A stretch of DNA of 64,000 nucleotides from Candidatus Nezhaarchaeales archaeon. Its GTDB lineage: Archaea > Thermoproteota > Methanomethylicia > Nezhaarchaeales > WYZ-LMO8. The stretch spans positions 32,001 to 96,000 of the forward strand of contig JAWAKK010000001.1 in NCBI GenBank assembly GCA_038887515.1, written 5' to 3'. Made by a program: the position numbers and the translations under genes. Numbering within the stretch: the stretch's first letter is position 1; each line of letters begins with the position of its first letter. Positions 1-8,941 of this stretch are shown piece after piece. Below the pieces are notes generated by a model, which worked only from the letters and a program-made list of their open reading frames with translations, ran no database searches and was not told the origin of the DNA.

Positions 1-1275
1 TTCTTTAACGACCCAGTAGTGCTTCATGGCAGGTAGTACTTCCAATAATATAGGCTCTCCGACATCCTTAGCCAAAGACGCAAACCATCCTTTATTCTCT
101 ACGAAGAAAGACTCAACCGCTCTGAGTACTATAATGTAGCTTAAGTTCATAGCTTTTACAAGCTTCATGTACTTTCTCAAGAGATTGATGAACTCTTCTT
201 TTCCCTGCTCTAGATCGGCACAGAAACAATGTATATCTGGCATGGTAAAGCTTCTAAGCCTTCTTAGACCAACGCACTCGCCTCTTTTTTCAAGCCTAAA
301 GGAATGTGACAATTCATAGATCCTCAATGGAAGTTGCCTATGACTCATGGTCACCTTTTTCATCATGCTGAAGAGACCGAAGTCTCCTGCAAATCTAAGT
401 GTAAATTCTTCGTTATCCATCTTAAATCTATAATCTCTTTCAAGGAACCTTGATGCTTGCTCGGCTATATCAGGAACGCTTAGTCTGTATATCATAGGCG
501 TTTCAACAACTGTAGCACCTACATCGTTAACTGCTATGTCCATCGCGAGCTCTTCAAGTAAATGTTTGATTAACGCTCCTTTAGGGAGGAACTTAAAGTG
601 CCCAACGTCGGATGCAGGTTCATAATCAACAAGCTCAAGCTTCTGCATTAGCTTGATGTGGGGCGGGGTGCCTTTCTTTGATTTTAACCCCCTCTCATTC
701 ATTATGAGTCTCTTTATGAGAGGATACTTACTGACTGCCTTATCGTTGTAAGGAGTTTCGCGATCTAGTTCTACAATCTCGCCAGTAGGCTCTATCAAGA
801 CATAATATCCCTCTTCGACTTCACGTTTAATAGCTTCGGTTACCTTAACTTCCGGTTTAATTGTTTTCGATAACTCTGATAACGGATGACCTTTACATGC
901 TATCTTAAAGGCTTTGTACCAACCGAAGGGGGCCCGCGAAACCTTGATACCGTGACTCTTCAGTTTTTCCTCTAGCTTTACGAGGATGTCAAGCGCCTCT
1001 CTTGGCCTGGCCAAGTTGGACGATAGATGAGCATAAGGGTATAGCACAAGAACCTCAGCTTTGACATCGTTAAAGATATTCATTATTTCTTCAGAAGCGG
1101 TGTTGACTACAATCTCCGGTGCTCTTACATCCTCTTCCTCGACGGCGGTGAACACTACTAAGGCATTTTCAAATGTACCACTTTGTCGATCATTAATTAT
1201 TTCTTCGGCTTCCTCTACAGCTTTTTCCTTAACTTCGTAACTCATGGTATCTGCATGAATTAGCAATAACTTCAT
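1..1275 (-). CDS. thrS: Threonyl-tRNA synthetase, archaeal type (3' end runs off the window)
   Basis: Absent from the ORF track. Manual translation from ATG at 1275 gives MKLLLIHADTMSYEVKEKA, LYPYAHLS, RAPFGWYKAF and CKGHPLSELS (archaeal editing domain), then RRLRSFTMPDIHCF (class II core). Confidence 0.95.
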   Translation of the reverse strand, partial: MKLLLIHADTMSYEVKEKAVEEAEEIINDRQSGTFENALVVFTAVEEEDVRAPEIVVNTASEEIMNIFNDVKAEVLVLYPYAHLSSNLARPREALDILVKLEEKLKSHGIKVSRAPFGWYKAFKIACKGHPLSELSKTIKPEVKVTEAIKREVEEGYYVLIEPTGEIVELDRETPYNDKAVSKYPLIKRLIMNERGLKSKKGTPPHIKLMQKLELVDYEPASDVGHFKFLPKGALIKHLLEELAMDIAVNDVGATVVETPMIYRLSVPDIAEQASRFLERDYRFKMDNEEFTLRFAGDFGLFSMMKKVTMSHRQLPLRIYELSHSFRLEKRGECVGLRRLRSFTMPDIHCFCADLEQGKEEFINLLRKYMKLVKAMNLSYIIVLRAVESFFVENKGWFASLAKDVGEPILLEVLPAMKHYWVVKE

Positions 1276-1314
1276 CCTTCTACCCTCATGTTAGATGAAT
1301 CCTTTAAGTTATGG

Positions 1315-1342
1315 AAATATAAGGTCAAATAAATATAAGGTC
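1315..1342 (-). promoter_or_regulatory. Tandem 12-bp direct repeat (GACCTTATATTT x2, 16-bp period), TATA-like, upstream of thrS
   Basis: AAATATAAGGTC at 1315-1326 and 1331-1342, 40-67 nt upstream of the thrS start. Confidence 0.55.
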
Positions 1343-1359
1343 TTCTAGCATCATAACAG

Positions 1360-2067
1360 TCATATCTTACCAAGTTCTTCCGTGAACTTTTTAACGGCTT
1401 CTTCGTAGCTAGCCATATCTCCAATGTCGTAAACCTCACCCGTAAACTCATAACCGTAAACTCTCTCCCCTCTTTCTATCATTACTTTAAATACCCTATC
1501 CATGCTATCGACTCCATCCAATATGTAATCGAAGACTCTAGGTTCAAAGACGTAAATTCCAGCGTTAACTCTAAACTCCAACTGCGGTTTTTCACGCCAT
1601 TCGAGTACTCTACTCTGATTATCAATTTCTATAACTCCAAACCTTACGTTATGCTTCATCCTTCTAAGAACCATGGTGGCAGTGGCTTTTAATGACTTGT
1701 GATAAGTTAAGAGGTCTCTATAGTCAACCTTAGCATATACATCACCGTAAATAGCTATAAACGTCTCATTTATAACGTCTTTAGCTTGCTTCAGCTGACC
1801 AGCCGTACCCAAGGGTTTTGGGGCCTTAACGTAACTTATATCGACGCCGAGCCAAGAACCATTGCCAAAGTAGGCCTCTATAATTCTTGCCAAGTAGCTA
1901 CAAGATATTACAATGTCCCTTATCCCTTGATCTCGTAGGTCAATTATTATTCTTTCAAGAATAGGCTTATCGCCTAGAGGCAACATAGGCTTTGGAACTA
2001 AGTACGTCAGTGGTCGGAGTCTCGTGCCTAGACCGCCAGCTAGAATAACAGCCTTAATTTTGCTCAA
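1360..2067 (-). CDS. Sugar-phosphate nucleotidyltransferase (NTP_transferase family)
   Basis: AVILAGGLGTRLRPLT..PKP, LGTAG, YGD, EKP, NAGIY and DIG motifs. Confidence 0.9.
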   Translation of the reverse strand: MSKIKAVILAGGLGTRLRPLTYLVPKPMLPLGDKPILERIIIDLRDQGIRDIVISCSYLARIIEAYFGNGSWLGVDISYVKAPKPLGTAGQLKQAKDVINETFIAIYGDVYAKVDYRDLLTYHKSLKATATMVLRRMKHNVRFGVIEIDNQSRVLEWREKPQLEFRVNAGIYVFEPRVFDYILDGVDSMDRVFKVMIERGERVYGYEFTGEVYDIGDMASYEEAVKKFTEELGKI

Positions 2068-2082
2068 GCAAGACCCCTAATA

Positions 2083-2409
2083 TTAAAACATGTCTTCGGT
2101 TAACTTTTTACCCTTAAACTTCTCAAGCATGCTGCCGTACTTTTCCTCGTACCTCTTAACTTCCTGTTCTAGGCTCCTCACAACCTTCTTCTCCGTTCTA
2201 TATTCAAGCCCGCAAGTACCGCTAGGTAACATAGCGTTTCTAATACATGTAGCGTATTGACATTTACTGCCTAAACACTCTTCGCCGGTCTCTCTACACA
2301 TTAAGGACATTCGTGTAATCGATTTTGCGCGGGGATTTCCTGCAATTCTTACGATCATCTTTTTGGCGCACCTAAAGAACTCGCAATCTACTTCGCATCC
2401 TTTGGGCAC
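2083..2409 (-). CDS. Small Cys-rich hypothetical protein, probably metal-binding
   Basis: CEVDCEFFRC...CRETGEECLGSKCQYATC...C followed by a charged helical tail. Start moved to GTG 2409 after AGGGGCG; the track's extension to 2571 looks non-coding. Confidence 0.6.
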   Translation of the reverse strand: MPKGCEVDCEFFRCAKKMIVRIAGNPRAKSITRMSLMCRETGEECLGSKCQYATCIRNAMLPSGTCGLEYRTEKKVVRSLEQEVKRYEEKYGSMLEKFKGKKLTEDMF

Positions 2410-2648
2410 AGCGTCTAACGCCCCTAATGAAATGTTGACCTCTAATGTAAAGAGGGTTGGGGTAGCTATAACCTTTTTCGCGACTCTGCAGTCGACGTAC
2501 TTGTTATAGCAGCGATAGAGCAAAGCGCAATAGCTGAAACGGAGGTTGTGAACTATAGTTCTTGAGAACAAGCATACGGGGCATCATAAACCTAAGACCG
2601 CAACCTTAAAGAGTCTTCGAAATAAGCCCATTGAGGGAGGACCGAACC

Positions 2649-2819
2649 TTGCCAGAAAAGGAACACAACTTCAGGTCTCAGATATATGAGATAGATTATT
2701 ATAAAGGAATTATAAAGTTAAAGAACAGATTGTGCCCCCGTTGCGGCAGGGTCATGGCTAACCACAAAAAACGCTGGAGTTGTGGATACTGTCACTACAC
2801 CATATTCGTTTCCTCTTAA
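2649..2819 (+). CDS. rps27ae: 30S ribosomal protein S27ae (eS31)
   Basis: [32 protein letters not shown] zinc ribbon; TTG 2649 follows GGAGG. Confidence 0.88.
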   Translation: MPEKEHNFRSQIYEIDYYKGIIKLKNRLCPRCGRVMANHKKRWSCGYCHYTIFVSS

Positions 2820-3037
2820 GGGGTAGAGGTAAACCACGCCGCTACTCAACCATTACTGTGGGAATGATAGAAAAGATGATCGAAGTTGTTTGCTAATGTT
2901 TACTATAACAGAGCAAAGAAGTGGCTTAAAGAAATATACTAAGAGAGGTCAGCTCGTCAAGACTTAGTAAACGGGTATTGTACCACAGCTTTATTTATGG
3001 TTTACAATATATTTTAGGATATACATGGGCGGTCGCC

Positions 3038-3580
3038 ATGAATGAAGCTAAGAAGCTTGCAATATTGTGGGCCCCTTGGAGGATAAAATACATAGAATCG
3101 CCGAGAGTTGAAAGCTGCATCTTCTGCGTAAGCTCATCAGAAGATAGGGATCGTGAGAACCTAGTGATTTATAGAGGGGCACACTCATTCATATTGATGA
3201 ATAAGTACCCCTACAATACTGGTCATTTAATGGTAGCGCCTTATAGACACGTTAAAGACTTAATAAGCCTAAGAGAGGATGAACTCTTGGATATTATGAA
3301 GAGTGTAAATATGTCGATAAGGGTTTTGAATGAAGCTTTAAGACCCGAGGGGTTTAATATTGGAATTAACATGGGTAGGGCTGCCGGAGCGGGTATCGAG
3401 GATCACGTACACGTACATGTAGTGCCTCGATGGATTGGAGATACCAACTTTATGCCAATACTGTCCAACGTTAAAGTTATACCTGAACTTCTAGAGTCGA
3501 CATATGACAGACTGAAGAAGGCTTTGTCAGCTCTCTTGGAGGGCCCTATTCATGAAAATAGGGATTTTTACAAGAAATGA
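3038..3580 (+). CDS. HIT family nucleotide hydrolase (Fhit/Ap4A type)
   Basis: LWAPWR, CIFC, NKYPYNTGH and the HVHVHVVPRW.GD triad; ATG 3038 preferred. Confidence 0.9.
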   Translation: MNEAKKLAILWAPWRIKYIESPRVESCIFCVSSSEDRDRENLVIYRGAHSFILMNKYPYNTGHLMVAPYRHVKDLISLREDELLDIMKSVNMSIRVLNEALRPEGFNIGINMGRAAGAGIEDHVHVHVVPRWIGDTNFMPILSNVKVIPELLESTYDRLKKALSALLEGPIHENRDFYKK

Positions 3581-4430
3581 ACATTCTTGGTGTTCCCGAA
3601 AGCTTAGAGACGAGATCATAAAAGCTGGCCACGAACCTTACTCGATGAAATTTAACAGGGTAAGGATCAATATAGGGTCAAAGCCTTCCATAATATGTAA
3701 CGGTATCGACTTAATTAATGACTTATCCATAGTAATAGTTAGGCCTATAGGTAGGTGCTCAGTCGACGAATGCTTCTTTAGGATAGACCTTCTACACAAA
3801 CTAGAGAGATCGGGCTTACCAATAGTAAATAGACCGTCAACTATAGAGAAATGCATGAGTAAGTTCACGACGTTAGCTCTATTAGAGGAACATGGATTGC
3901 CAGTACCAAAAACAGTAGTGACCGAGAACCCTCTTGAAGCTCTAAAAGCTTACCACGAGCTTGGCGGCGACATCGTTATTAAACCTCTTTACGGTTCGAG
4001 GGGGTTTGGTATTTCAAGGTTAAGAGACGAAGACGTGGCTAGAAGAGTACTTTCAGATCTACACTTCTTGAGACATGTCCTTTATTTGCAGGAGTTCATT
4101 CCTCACGGCGGCAGGGATATAAGGATATTCGTCGTGGGCGGCGAAATAGTAGCCTCAATGCAGAGGGTCGCACCTGGGTGGAAGACTAATATAGCTTTAG
4201 GTGCAAAACCAGTCCCGTTTACTCCAAGCGAAGAACTCTCAAACCTAGCATTAAAAGCATGTGAGGTCTTGGGTTGTGATATAGCTGGTGTCGACGTTAT
4301 AGAGTCCCCCTCAGGTTACCTCTTAACTGAGGTAAACAGCCAGCCAGGCTGGATGGGTTTACAAGCAGTTACCAGAGTAAACATAGCCGCGAGAATAGTG
4401 AAATACTTGATATCCAAGGCGAAGAAGTGA
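3552..4430 (+). CDS. RimK-family ATP-grasp alpha-L-glutamate ligase (MptN/CofF-like)
   Basis: VIKPLYGSRGFGI, LQEFI, DIRIFVVGG, WKTNIALGA and EVNSQPGW motifs; lies next to the H4MPT genes. Confidence 0.85.
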   Translation: MKIGIFTRNEHSWCSRKLRDEIIKAGHEPYSMKFNRVRINIGSKPSIICNGIDLINDLSIVIVRPIGRCSVDECFFRIDLLHKLERSGLPIVNRPSTIEKCMSKFTTLALLEEHGLPVPKTVVTENPLEALKAYHELGGDIVIKPLYGSRGFGISRLRDEDVARRVLSDLHFLRHVLYLQEFIPHGGRDIRIFVVGGEIVASMQRVAPGWKTNIALGAKPVPFTPSEELSNLALKACEVLGCDIAGVDVIESPSGYLLTEVNSQPGWMGLQAVTRVNIAARIVKYLISKAKK

Positions 4431-5329
4431 TGAGTAGAGTTGTAAGATGGAGAAACTTTGTGGCTATAGCTTTAGAGTCGAAGATTTGGAGGCCGAAAAC
4501 AGACTTTAAGAAGAGTATAGCTGAGCTAGTTAAGGAAGTGGCTTTAGACGGAGATTACATCGTCGTCTCTGAGAAAGCTCTTTCATCGGCCCTAGGACTT
4601 CTTTACGACGAATCGTCTATAAAAATCGATCCTTATAGCAAGGTTATGACGTATTTGACCACTAACCTTTTATGGGGTTTAGCTTTAAGCCGGGTGTGTA
4701 AACTTTCACTTGAAACATCTCTCTTTTTAAGGAAGTACCCCCTTACTGAGGGGGCGCGCCACAAAAAGTTGGCTTTAAGGGTTGGTGGGCTACTTCAAGC
4801 CCTTAAACCAACTTCTGAATGCGGGATAGATGCTACGAACGTTCCTGGGTATCTTGTATCACTACCACTTAAAAACCCCTTTTATATTGCGAACGACATC
4901 AGAACGTATCTGGAACAAGAACTAGGGATAAATGTTCGAGTGGTGATAAGCGATAGTGACAAGTGTTATCAGTTCAAGCCCCTTCCAAAGTTAATATTGT
5001 CTTGTAGAAACACAGGTATCAGATCGTCTGTGAACTTAGGCTTTATATCCTTCCTTGTAGCTCGTCTTTTTAATAATTTCTTTAGTCCCTATGCTACCCC
5101 AATAGGTTTTTCACCTCTTAACTTAGATGTAACTGAGCTCCTTATAGTAGCTGAACTTGCTGATAGAGCTCGAGGTTTCGGTATTGGTAGAACGATTTAT
5201 GATATCGAGAAAAAACTAAAGATTAAGGCTACTGAAATAACATGGGATATTTTAGACCTATTTCCTCACTACCCGGTAGTAGTAGTCAAAAAGGTTAGGG
5301 GGACTCGGCGAGCTTCACGGCATCTTTGA
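4427..5329 (+). CDS. CofE-like (F420-0:gamma-glutamyl ligase family) protein, divergent
   Basis: GDYIVVSEKALS, GIDATNV, VVISDSD and PVVVVK motifs of the CofE fold; overlaps the RimK-like stop codon. Confidence 0.7.
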   Translation: MMSRVVRWRNFVAIALESKIWRPKTDFKKSIAELVKEVALDGDYIVVSEKALSSALGLLYDESSIKIDPYSKVMTYLTTNLLWGLALSRVCKLSLETSLFLRKYPLTEGARHKKLALRVGGLLQALKPTSECGIDATNVPGYLVSLPLKNPFYIANDIRTYLEQELGINVRVVISDSDKCYQFKPLPKLILSCRNTGIRSSVNLGFISFLVARLFNNFFSPYATPIGFSPLNLDVTELLIVAELADRARGFGIGRTIYDIEKKLKIKATEITWDILDLFPHYPVVVVKKVRGTRRASRHL

Positions 5330-6215
5330 GGTTTATTTTGTATGGTCCTAACTTGCCTCCGTAATTGCCCGCAGTTATCTTAACTACACCCCTGACACTG
5401 CAAGCAGCTTTTACTCCAACGCCAACGGCTTTTGCAACGGAATCCACGTCAAGTCCATTAATGACTATCTCCATGACACTTCGGACGCCCTCAGGTATCT
5501 TGGTATCAGGGACCTTATCTCTTATCGATGGACAATACAGGTGGTTCGTCGTAGCGACCAACTTTGGATACTTGATGGAACCGACCTTCGACCCTGATCT
5601 CACAATTCCTCCAGGGAATGGCAAAACTACGTTTCTACAGGTCTTCGATATTTCTTCAACAGCTTTCTCAGCAGCTTCTAGGGCAGCTTCACGACTAGAA
5701 GCTAGAATGAAGAAATTCCCTCCGGCAACCGCTTTAACTACTCCAACAGTGTCCTCAACTATGAACTCTCCTTCCATAACTGGTATTCTCCAGACGGTCT
5801 TACCGTACATGGTGTCTTTAACTTCAAACCCATCCCCAAATTTTGCAAGAGCTTCACCTATATGCATCTTCCTCTTAGACTTCGGTATTCCATCGAATAG
5901 CGCTGTTGTAGGACATGTCAGTATGCACTGACCAACCCTAACCAATGTCTGGAGCTTCAGCTCAGGCACCGACCTGTGGTATATGTGTATTAGAGCCCCA
6001 ACTCTCTTGTCGGGGGTTTTTTCCGCTGGAACTAAACCTTCAAGACCAGCCTCGGCAGGGGACATTATTATTGAAGTTGCAAATCCTGTCGCAACTCTAG
6101 CCGCAGTCAAGGCCCATTTATCGTTTAAAGCAGTTATTAGCAATCTCGTAGCATACATGGGGAAGGCTTCAGCGAAGGTATCTTCAACCTCAACATCTCC
6201 AATCTTGAAAGACAA
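5295..6215 (-). CDS. ftr: Formylmethanofuran:tetrahydromethanopterin formyltransferase
   Basis: EDTFAEAF, AEAG, TPD.R.G, RVGQCILTCPTT, FPGGIVRSGSKVGS, EIVING and AGNYGGKLG. Confidence 0.97.
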   Translation of the reverse strand: MSFKIGDVEVEDTFAEAFPMYATRLLITALNDKWALTAARVATGFATSIIMSPAEAGLEGLVPAEKTPDKRVGALIHIYHRSVPELKLQTLVRVGQCILTCPTTALFDGIPKSKRKMHIGEALAKFGDGFEVKDTMYGKTVWRIPVMEGEFIVEDTVGVVKAVAGGNFFILASSREAALEAAEKAVEEISKTCRNVVLPFPGGIVRSGSKVGSIKYPKLVATTNHLYCPSIRDKVPDTKIPEGVRSVMEIVINGLDVDSVAKAVGVGVKAACSVRGVVKITAGNYGGKLGPYKINLKDAVKLAESP

Positions 6216-6251
6216 GCCCCACACCACCAAGCTCTAACTTTTGATAGTACT

Positions 6252-6303
6252 AAGCTAAAAAACTCTTTTCCTTCTCATGGTTAGGAAAAGAGTTTTTTAG
6301 CTT
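6252..6303. promoter_or_regulatory. Perfect 21-bp inverted repeat with 10-nt spacer in the ftr/mtd divergent promoter
   Basis: AAGCTAAAAAACTCTTTTCCT (6252-6272) and AGGAAAAGAGTTTTTTAGCTT (6283-6303) are exact reverse complements. Confidence 0.85.
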
Positions 6304-6336
6304 TTATCATGAAAAATTGAAGCGGGTGAGCTGGGC

Positions 6337-7188
6337 TTGAGTCAACAAGCTCCTGTCAGGGTGGGCATCATAAAGTTGGGTTGCGTAGGCTGCGCCCCCC
6401 TCCTAGAATATTTACTCGATGAAAGAGCTGACAGAAACGATATAACCGTCAGGATTGTGTCAAGTGGGGCAAAAATGACTGCTGAAGAAGCAGAAGAAGT
6501 CGTTAAGATGCTGGAACCATTTAAACCTCAATTAATCTTAATTGTTAGTCCGAATGCAGCCTTGCCGGGGCCGACGAGAGCTAGAGACTTAGCCAAGTCC
6601 TTTAATGCACCCATAGTAATAATATCCGATGCGCCGGCTAAGAAGGCGGTAAGCAAATTCGAAGAAGGCGGGTTCGGCTACATAATAGTCGAAGCAGACT
6701 CTATGATTGGAGCGCGAAGAGAGTTTCTTGATCCCACAGAAATGGCGCTTTTCAATGCCGATATAATAAGGGTTTTAGCTATAACGGGGGTCTTTAACTT
6801 AATAGTCAAGACATTGGACGACATTATAGCTTCAATTAAAAAAGGAGGAGAAGTAAAGTTACCGAAGCTTATAGTAAGCAAAGAACTAGCACTTGAAAAC
6901 GCTGGCTTCTCGAATCCCTACGCCTATGCCAAGGCCATGGCGGCCTTTGAAGCAGCAAAAAAGGTCGCAGATTTAACTACAGAAGGTTGCTTTAAGGTTC
7001 AAGAGTGGGAAAAATACATACCACTCGTAGCGGCTGGTCACGAATTGATGAGGTATGCTGCTAAGTTATCGGATGAAGCTAGAGAAATCGAGAAGGGATT
7101 AGACCAACTAATGAGAATGCCTCATAGGGCAAGTGGCGAATTAGCAGTTAAAAGGAGATTGATAGAGAAGTTGCCTCCAAAAGCGTGA
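6337..7188 (+). CDS. mtd: F420-dependent methylene-H4MPT dehydrogenase
   Basis: LLDERADR, SGAKM, SPNAALPGP, DSMIGARREFLDPTEMA.FN.D and FSNPYA.AKA. Confidence 0.97.
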   Translation: MSQQAPVRVGIIKLGCVGCAPLLEYLLDERADRNDITVRIVSSGAKMTAEEAEEVVKMLEPFKPQLILIVSPNAALPGPTRARDLAKSFNAPIVIISDAPAKKAVSKFEEGGFGYIIVEADSMIGARREFLDPTEMALFNADIIRVLAITGVFNLIVKTLDDIIASIKKGGEVKLPKLIVSKELALENAGFSNPYAYAKAMAAFEAAKKVADLTTEGCFKVQEWEKYIPLVAAGHELMRYAAKLSDEAREIEKGLDQLMRMPHRASGELAVKRRLIEKLPPKA

Positions 7189-7198
7189 GTGATAATTA

Positions 7199-8941
7199 AT
7201 GCCACGATTAGAAGCCATACTGATAACGGGTAGAACGCTGAGGCAAGGTGCTCAGATAGAAACTGCCCGCCTTACCAAAGACTATGCGGATGCAGCCGCT
7301 GTGTGTTTCATGAACCCTGAAGATATGGCGGAGTTAGGGATAAAGGAAGGGTCCAACGTTAAAGTAACTACAGAAGCTGGTTCCGTGGTTGTTAGAGCAT
7401 CAGCTTATAGAGGAAACCCCAAGGGACTAATATTTATCCCGTTAGGGCCTTGGGCAAACACTATCATTCCTTCAAAGACAAGGAGCACCGGCATGCCCTT
7501 CTTTAAGGACGTCAAAGCGATCGTGGAACCTACTGACGAGCCAGTACCATCAGTAGAGGAAATAGTCTTTAGGAATTCTAGCAAAAAACCTCTAAAGGTG
7601 CCCGTGGAATACTTAATGAGTCCAGCGGACTTTAAAGGTGAAGGTATTTTCGAAAATCATGTTTGTACTATATGTGCATGCCTTTGCGACGACTTAGTGC
7701 TTGAAGTTAAAGGAGGTATAATAGCGAATGTAAAGAATGCTTGCGCGAGATCGATTGCAAAGTTCAAATCTTACGCTGCTGAGAGAGTTAAAACCCCGCT
7801 CCTAAGGATAGGCGATGAGCTCAAACCCATTAGTTACGAAGAAGCGATAGCGAGGGCAGCTAAGATACTTGTTGAAGCTAAGTACCCTCTGTTATTTGGT
7901 TGGAGTGAAACTTCAAATGAAGCTGCGAGACTTGGAGTGAGATTGGCCGAACTTGTAGGAGGCGTAATTGACTGTCTAGCTACGTTCTGTCATGGTCCAT
8001 CAGTTATGGGTATCCAACAATTTGGAATAGTGACATCGACTTTGGGAAACATAAGGGACAACGCGGACTTAATGGTCTTCTGGGGTTGCAACCCTCCAGC
8101 TGCGCATCCGAGGCACTTCATTAGGTACTCAGCCTTGGCTAAAGGGTCTAAGATTAAGGGTCGTGCTGATAGAAAGATAATAGTAGTCGATGTAAGAGAG
8201 ACGGAAGCTTCCAAGACAGCGGACATTTTCGTTAAAGTGAAACCTGGAATGGATTATGAGCTTTTGACAGCTTTATTAATGGCGGTGAAGGGGCTCGATG
8301 TAGAAGACGACGAGGTTGCAGGAGTACCAAGAGAAACAATACTTAAGCTGGCCGATGCCATGATGTCGGCCAAGTTTGGTGTGCTCTTTTATGGTCTAGG
8401 GCTAACGGCTACGTCTGCAAGAAATAGGAACATCGAAGCCGCTATAAGGCTGGTACAAGCACTAAACGATTGGACAACCTTTAGCTTAAACTTGATGAGA
8501 GGTCATTGGAACGTGGCTGGAAATAATCAAGCTTTTAGCTGGCTGACGGGCTACCCCTACGCAATAGACTTGAGCCAGGGCTATCCGAGATACAATCCAG
8601 GCGTAACGACGACTATAGACTTGTTGGTCAGAGGAGAAGTAGATGCGGCCATGATAATAGCAAGCGATCCTGGAGCTCACTTCCCTGCTCAAGCTCTTAT
8701 GCATTTAGCTAAGATACCTCTAATAGTTGTAGACCCTAAGTGGTCATTAATAGCTAGCCTAGCCGACCTTTACATACCAACAAAGATGGTTGGAGTAGAC
8801 GCTGAAGGGTCTTGCTATAGAATGGACAACGTGGTCCTAAGAGCTAGAAAGGTACTTGAAACCGACGGCTTGATGGATGACGTCACGTTACTCGAGAAGT
8901 TGATTGAAAAAGTTAAGGAGGTTAAGTCTCATGCGGCATGA
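7199..8941 (+). CDS. fwdDB: Formylmethanofuran dehydrogenase subunit D-B fusion (Mo/W-pterin)
   Basis: First ~125 aa are FwdD-like (LITGRT..QG, FIPLGPWAN, STGMPFFK). FwdB follows in frame: CTICACLCDD, FCHGP, WGCNP..AHPRH, MRGHWNVAG, GYPYAID, YRMD. Confidence 0.93.
   Translation: MPRLEAILITGRTLRQGAQIETARLTKDYADAAAVCFMNPEDMAELGIKEGSNVKVTTEAGSVVVRASAYRGNPKGLIFIPLGPWANTIIPSKTRSTGMPFFKDVKAIVEPTDEPVPSVEEIVFRNSSKKPLKVPVEYLMSPADFKGEGIFENHVCTICACLCDDLVLEVKGGIIANVKNACARSIAKFKSYAAERVKTPLLRIGDELKPISYEEAIARAAKILVEAKYPLLFGWSETSNEAARLGVRLAELVGGVIDCLATFCHGPSVMGIQQFGIVTSTLGNIRDNADLMVFWGCNPPAAHPRHFIRYSALAKGSKIKGRADRKIIVVDVRETEASKTADIFVKVKPGMDYELLTALLMAVKGLDVEDDEVAGVPRETILKLADAMMSAKFGVLFYGLGLTATSARNRNIEAAIRLVQALNDWTTFSLNLMRGHWNVAGNNQAFSWLTGYPYAIDLSQGYPRYNPGVTTTIDLLVRGEVDAAMIIASDPGAHFPAQALMHLAKIPLIVVDPKWSLIASLADLYIPTKMVGVDAEGSCYRMDNVVLRARKVLETDGLMDDVTLLEKLIEKVKEVKSHAA

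Noticed and set aside
6252-6303. Inverted repeat as a terminator or MITE
   Set aside because: It lies between divergent 5' ends, has only a 10-nt interior, shows no target-site duplication and has no second copy in the window.
7960-8010. Possible selenocysteine at the FwdB metal ligand
   Set aside because: The codon is TGT (Cys) in FCHGP and there is no in-frame TGA.
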